A stretch of 60,641 bases of DNA, the filler included, from Platydemus manokwari (Eukaryota): the NCBI GenBank assembly GCA_037951405.1. It is 5 parts of 5 records of this genome, joined end to end, with 100 filler letters (N's around TTAATTAATTAA, not from the genome) between each part and the next. Parts side by side here need not be neighbours in the genome. Positions count along the whole stretch, not along the records: positions 44,483 to 60,641 come from JBBMOY011208098.1; 4 more parts are not named here. One strand, written 5' to 3'. Positions within the stretch are counted from its first letter, which is position 1. Each line of letters starts with the position of its first letter. The position numbers were made by a program, and so were the translations under genes. Shown one piece after another: positions 57,401-60,641 of the stretch. The notes below the pieces were generated by a model. That model made no database searches. It saw only the letters and a list, made by a program, of their open reading frames with translations, and was not told the origin of the DNA.

Positions 57401-57441
57401 ACATAACCGTTATTATCAATAGACCATAAATAACACTTTGA
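45470..57441 (-). CDS. TECPR1: Tectonin beta-propeller repeat-containing protein 1 orthologue (TECPR repeats, two DysF domains, PH-like region). Exons include 57441-57211, 57153-56965, 52696-52385, 51461-51281, 51227-51001, 50955-50836, ~50617-50497, 50009-49903, 47786-~47719, several between 47565 and 45651, and last exon 45598-45470
   Basis: Spliced translation gives LWSIDNNGYVFLLS...ENQ|RKR...LPSSRWKWEGDW...FDGEPTNE|GWVYSSNF...VRRRYWQR...GFLSVWVVNGNGQ|ILFR...NPEGSNW; WKIKISQSLKIR...FEQ|TFW; WQQ|DGGHF...WAIGFNGVAWV...GWGG; a second DysF; and the end ...PQGTDWD...HGV*. This is collinear with vertebrate TECPR1. The start exon and one or two internal junctions are unresolved. Confidence 0.93.
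48361..48900 (+). pseudogene. Degenerate copy 2 of the unknown ORF at 6560-7264, inside a TECPR1 intron
   Basis: Shares tcactcggctttgaca (48438-48453 vs 6970-6985 rc) and ctcagaaatgcct (48783-48795 vs 6653-6665 rc). Translations align: YL*SLGFDTEI vs YLQSLGFDMDI, and FKTHLDIICI vs FETHLDVICI. Confidence 0.75.
55997..56300. mobile_element. hAT/Charlie-like non-autonomous element (~300 bp) in a TECPR1 intron
   Basis: Left end CAGTGGTTTCC; right end gggtcgcgacc...GGTTGAGAACCACTG. No matching 8-bp TSD seen. Confidence 0.45.
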
Positions 57442-57968
57442 CTAAAAATAAAGAGAATGTTAATTTACCGTATTTGAATAATCACTAAAACGTTTAAGTG
57501 ATAACAAAACATAAATTTGGTTACACTAATAAGTTAAGAAATTATTTTCTCATTAACACATAAAACCAAAAATATCAAAATTATTATTTAAATAATTAAA
57601 TCGAACATTGAATGAATATAAATTTAAAAATGTTCACTGTGGGTGTGATTATTTAAACTAATGAAGTAATTCAACTTTGAATTTTATATTCTTGAAAAAT
57701 CTAAATAAAATCCTGTTAAATAAATAATGGATTATGTAATTTGAATATAAGAAAATTTAAGAGTAAGTGTTTATGATTATTAAATTTATAAATATTTGAT
57801 TAAGGTTTGAAAACATTTATTACTTAAAGAATTAATTTAAAAATATTTTATTAGTAAATTAAATATGTATAGATATTCAGTATTCTATTGGCCTTGATTT
57901 GTTTAACTACATTTATTTCAGTTATTCTTGGTAATTAAAAGTAACGGTTTGAATTTTTAATTTCAAGA

Positions 57969-60641
57969 ATGAAGAGCACTGTATGGCATTATTGATATTA
58001 AACCATGCATTAATTGTTTAAATTTATCATATAATTAGGAAAAATATAGCTCTATAAGTGAACAGGTTACATTTTAGTATCATGAATTTCATTTAAAAAT
58101 TTGTTCTTTAGTTAAATGAAAAAGAAGACAAAGTAATTTAACTAATCATAATTAACCAATCATAATTTATTCAGGTTAAAATCCGAGAGCGAGTTTAATT
58201 TTGATTTATTACATTCACTCTATTAATAAATTTCTAATTCAGGCCCAATCTATGGTAAGTAAATAAAATAATCAAAATGATTTGTTTCAAAGTTAAAACT
58301 ACATTGAAAAGATTTGTTTGTTTTCTATAGGAAAAGAAAAAGCTCACTATTAAACATTTGAGAGAAGAAATTGAACTCCTCAGATCTCAGTTAAGGCCGA
58401 AGCCATTGGATAATTTATTGAATGTTGTTTAATCAAATATTTCGAATGATGTCGAATTATTTTGTTTGTTTTGTGGCGTAAAATAATTTGAGAAAATTTT
58501 GAAAACATTATAAATTATATTTAAATATAAATATCAATAAATTATAAAAATAATTGAAAGAAATTTTATTAGTAAAAAGTAATTTTGAAATAACAATGAA
58601 AATTAATTTTTGATTTAGGATAATATATATTTAAAATTTGTATTTATTAATAGATTAATTAAATTTTTATAATAATTATTATAACTAATTAATATTATTA
58701 ATATTAATAAAAAACTAATTAATAATTATTTTATCGTAATTATATATTTGTATTAATTATTTTATATTATCATATTTTTAAAACATTTATATATAATATT
58801 ATTTTTTAGTTTAAAGTTTATTATTTTTAATATTTTATTATATGTAAAATAATATTTATTATGAATAATATTGTTTTTTATTTATATTATAATTATCATT
58901 AATTATTTTTATCCGAAAGGCAGTGTTAAGTGCGGAAATTTTAAACTTTTATCAAGTTTTATGAAGTATTTCTAATGCTTTATCGGATAAAAATAATTAA
59001 TGATAAATATAATAAAAATTAAATATAATATTCATAATTAATATGCAATGCATTAATAATATTATTTTTAAATATAACAAAATATTAGAAATAATAAATT
59101 TTAATTTAAAAATTAATAATATTAATATAATTGTTAATTGCACTTATTTTAATTTCTTATTTTAATATTTAATCATCAAAAATTATAAAAATGGTAAATA
59201 TAAAGATTATGGGATCTTTCATTAAAGCATTTACAAATTCCTACTGACAGACATTGTCGTGATGCTTTCGAAGATAAATAATTAATTAGGATCTCGAATT
59301 CAATATTTATTAATTTGATTATTGCAGTATTCTTACACATTGTCATTTAAATCAAAATCGTTATTTTATCACACAATCGTTGCTACTTAATATAAATTAA
59401 TTTGATTTCTTATCAGCAAATAACTCATTTTATTTGTAATCTTCATTGATACTTCAAGATGATTAGATGAGAAACTCTCCAATTTTTATTACTGTTTACA
59501 ATAAATAAAGGATTTTTTATCATTTAAACAATAAAAATCTATTTGATTTGTAACCGTTGTTTTCGATTGAAACAGTGAAGATCAGTAAGATAAATAAAAT
59601 CTGTAAGTTAATAATATCTAATTATATAAATAAGTTTTTATCGAAACATAGAAATTGTAAATCTGGTTAAAAAATATTTTGAAAATTTTCTTTTTTAAAA
59701 ATAAAAATTTATTTACAATCATCAGTTCCAATGACTTTATTTCGCTATAAGTTCATAGATAAAGGAATCTATTATTAATCTTGTCTTATTTTCTTGAGAT
59801 TCAGTATAATCGTTAATAAAAATTTTCATTTTCATTATCGATATCCGTCATTATGATCATTGAAATTAATATCAACATTTTGTTTTTTATTTATAACGAT
59901 AAATTATTAATATTATTTGTTTGCGTTAGTTTCATCCATTGGATAAATTGAGATTTGAAATTGAAGAACTTGAAATGAAAATAATAAAACAAAAATCTCA
60001 ACAAGCTAGATTGGAAGACAAATATCACTTTCTTAAAAGTGCTCATGCATTGGCAATTAAAAGTTTAAAAAATTCCCACACAGAAGCCATGGATTCTGAA
60101 GAATTTGTATTAATGGCAAAAAAAATTGATCTGAAAAAAAATGTTTTATTTTTACTAAAATTATAATAATTTATTTTCAATTTCGATTTAAGGAACTTTT
60201 GTCGAAGAGAAACTTTATTAAAGAGTTGCGAATGGTAGGATTGAATAATGTACCTAGTAAAGTTGTGGAAGACTGTCAAAAGACATGCTTGGAATTGGTA
60301 GAATAATAATAATAATGATTCTAACATCGTATTTATTTTTGGTCGTGTAATTTTAGGACTACATACATAAAACTACTCGAGAATGTAAGAATGAGGTCGA
60401 TGATGTGATTTTAGAGATGGAAGAGCATAAAAAAGAATTGAAAACAGCTTCGGATAGGTATGAACAAATTAAGGAATCAAATAAAGCTAAGGAAGTGTGT
60501 GATAATTTGCATATTTTAAGAAACCATTATTTTTCTTTTCAGGAAGAGATAGAGAAAATCATCTCGGAAACACATAATTTAACTAAATTAATTCAATCAA
60601 AAGCAAACGAGGCGACTGATCTTGAGAAAGTTGCTAAAGAC
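57969..60641 (+). CDS. Coiled-coil protein with N-terminal micro-exons, runs off the window. Exons 57969-57980, 58039-58065, 58112-58132, 58175-58192, 58243-58254, 58331-58423 (or stop at 58432), 59930-60142, 60193-60297, 60357-60494, 60543->60641
   Basis: All junctions are GT-AG and phase 0. The joined frame is open and E/K-rich: MKST|EKYSSISEQ|LNEKEDK|VKIRER|AQSM|EKKKLTIKHLREEIELLRSQL...|FHPLDKLRFEIEELEMK...|ELLSKRNF...|DYIHKTTRE...|EEIEKIISE. There is a loose resemblance to outer-dynein-arm docking (CCDC151/CCDC63/114-like) coiled coils, not established. Confidence 0.75.

Noticed and set aside
57873-57930. Hydrophobic frame IFSILLALICLTTFISVILG that looks like a signal-peptide exon for the micro-exon gene
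   Set aside because: Its donor (57931) is phase 1, and the downstream acceptors I tried give a stop or frameshift. T-rich DNA readily yields such peptides. Worth rechecking with cDNA, because it would make the gene a classical secreted MEG.

Overview
Very AT-rich eukaryotic (animal) scaffold with GT-AG introns, many only 42-60 nt long. It has (AAT)n microsatellites and four 100-bp scaffold gaps carrying an artificial TTAATTAATTAA linker. The style is consistent with a flatworm (planarian-like) draft genome, but that is inference. Genes I can reconstruct by hand: (1) an orphan 882-codon ORF built from 14 tandem ~48-aa repeats (2180-4828, -); (2) two exons of a threonine-synthase-like (THNSL2-type) gene (-); (3) a multi-domain Ly6/uPAR three-finger gene with at least five phase-1/phase-1 one-domain exons (20.1-22.9 kb, +), truncated by a gap; (4) a B-type-like muscarinic acetylcholine receptor in one uninterrupted ORF (37286-38917, -); (5) a multi-exon TECPR1 orthologue (45470-~57441, -); (6) head-to-head with TECPR1, a coiled-coil gene whose N-terminus is assembled from a run of phase-0 micro-exons (12, 27, 21, 18 and 12 coding nt) that the ORF track cannot see. 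The rest is decayed mobile-element debris: Gypsy, LINE and hAT fragments, a solo LTR with a TSD, and two diverged copies of an unknown signal-peptide ORF. The most interesting signals are the micro-exon array, the modular Ly6 exon array, the 48-aa repeat protein and the dispersed dead secreted-ORF family. All splice models are manual predictions without transcript data.
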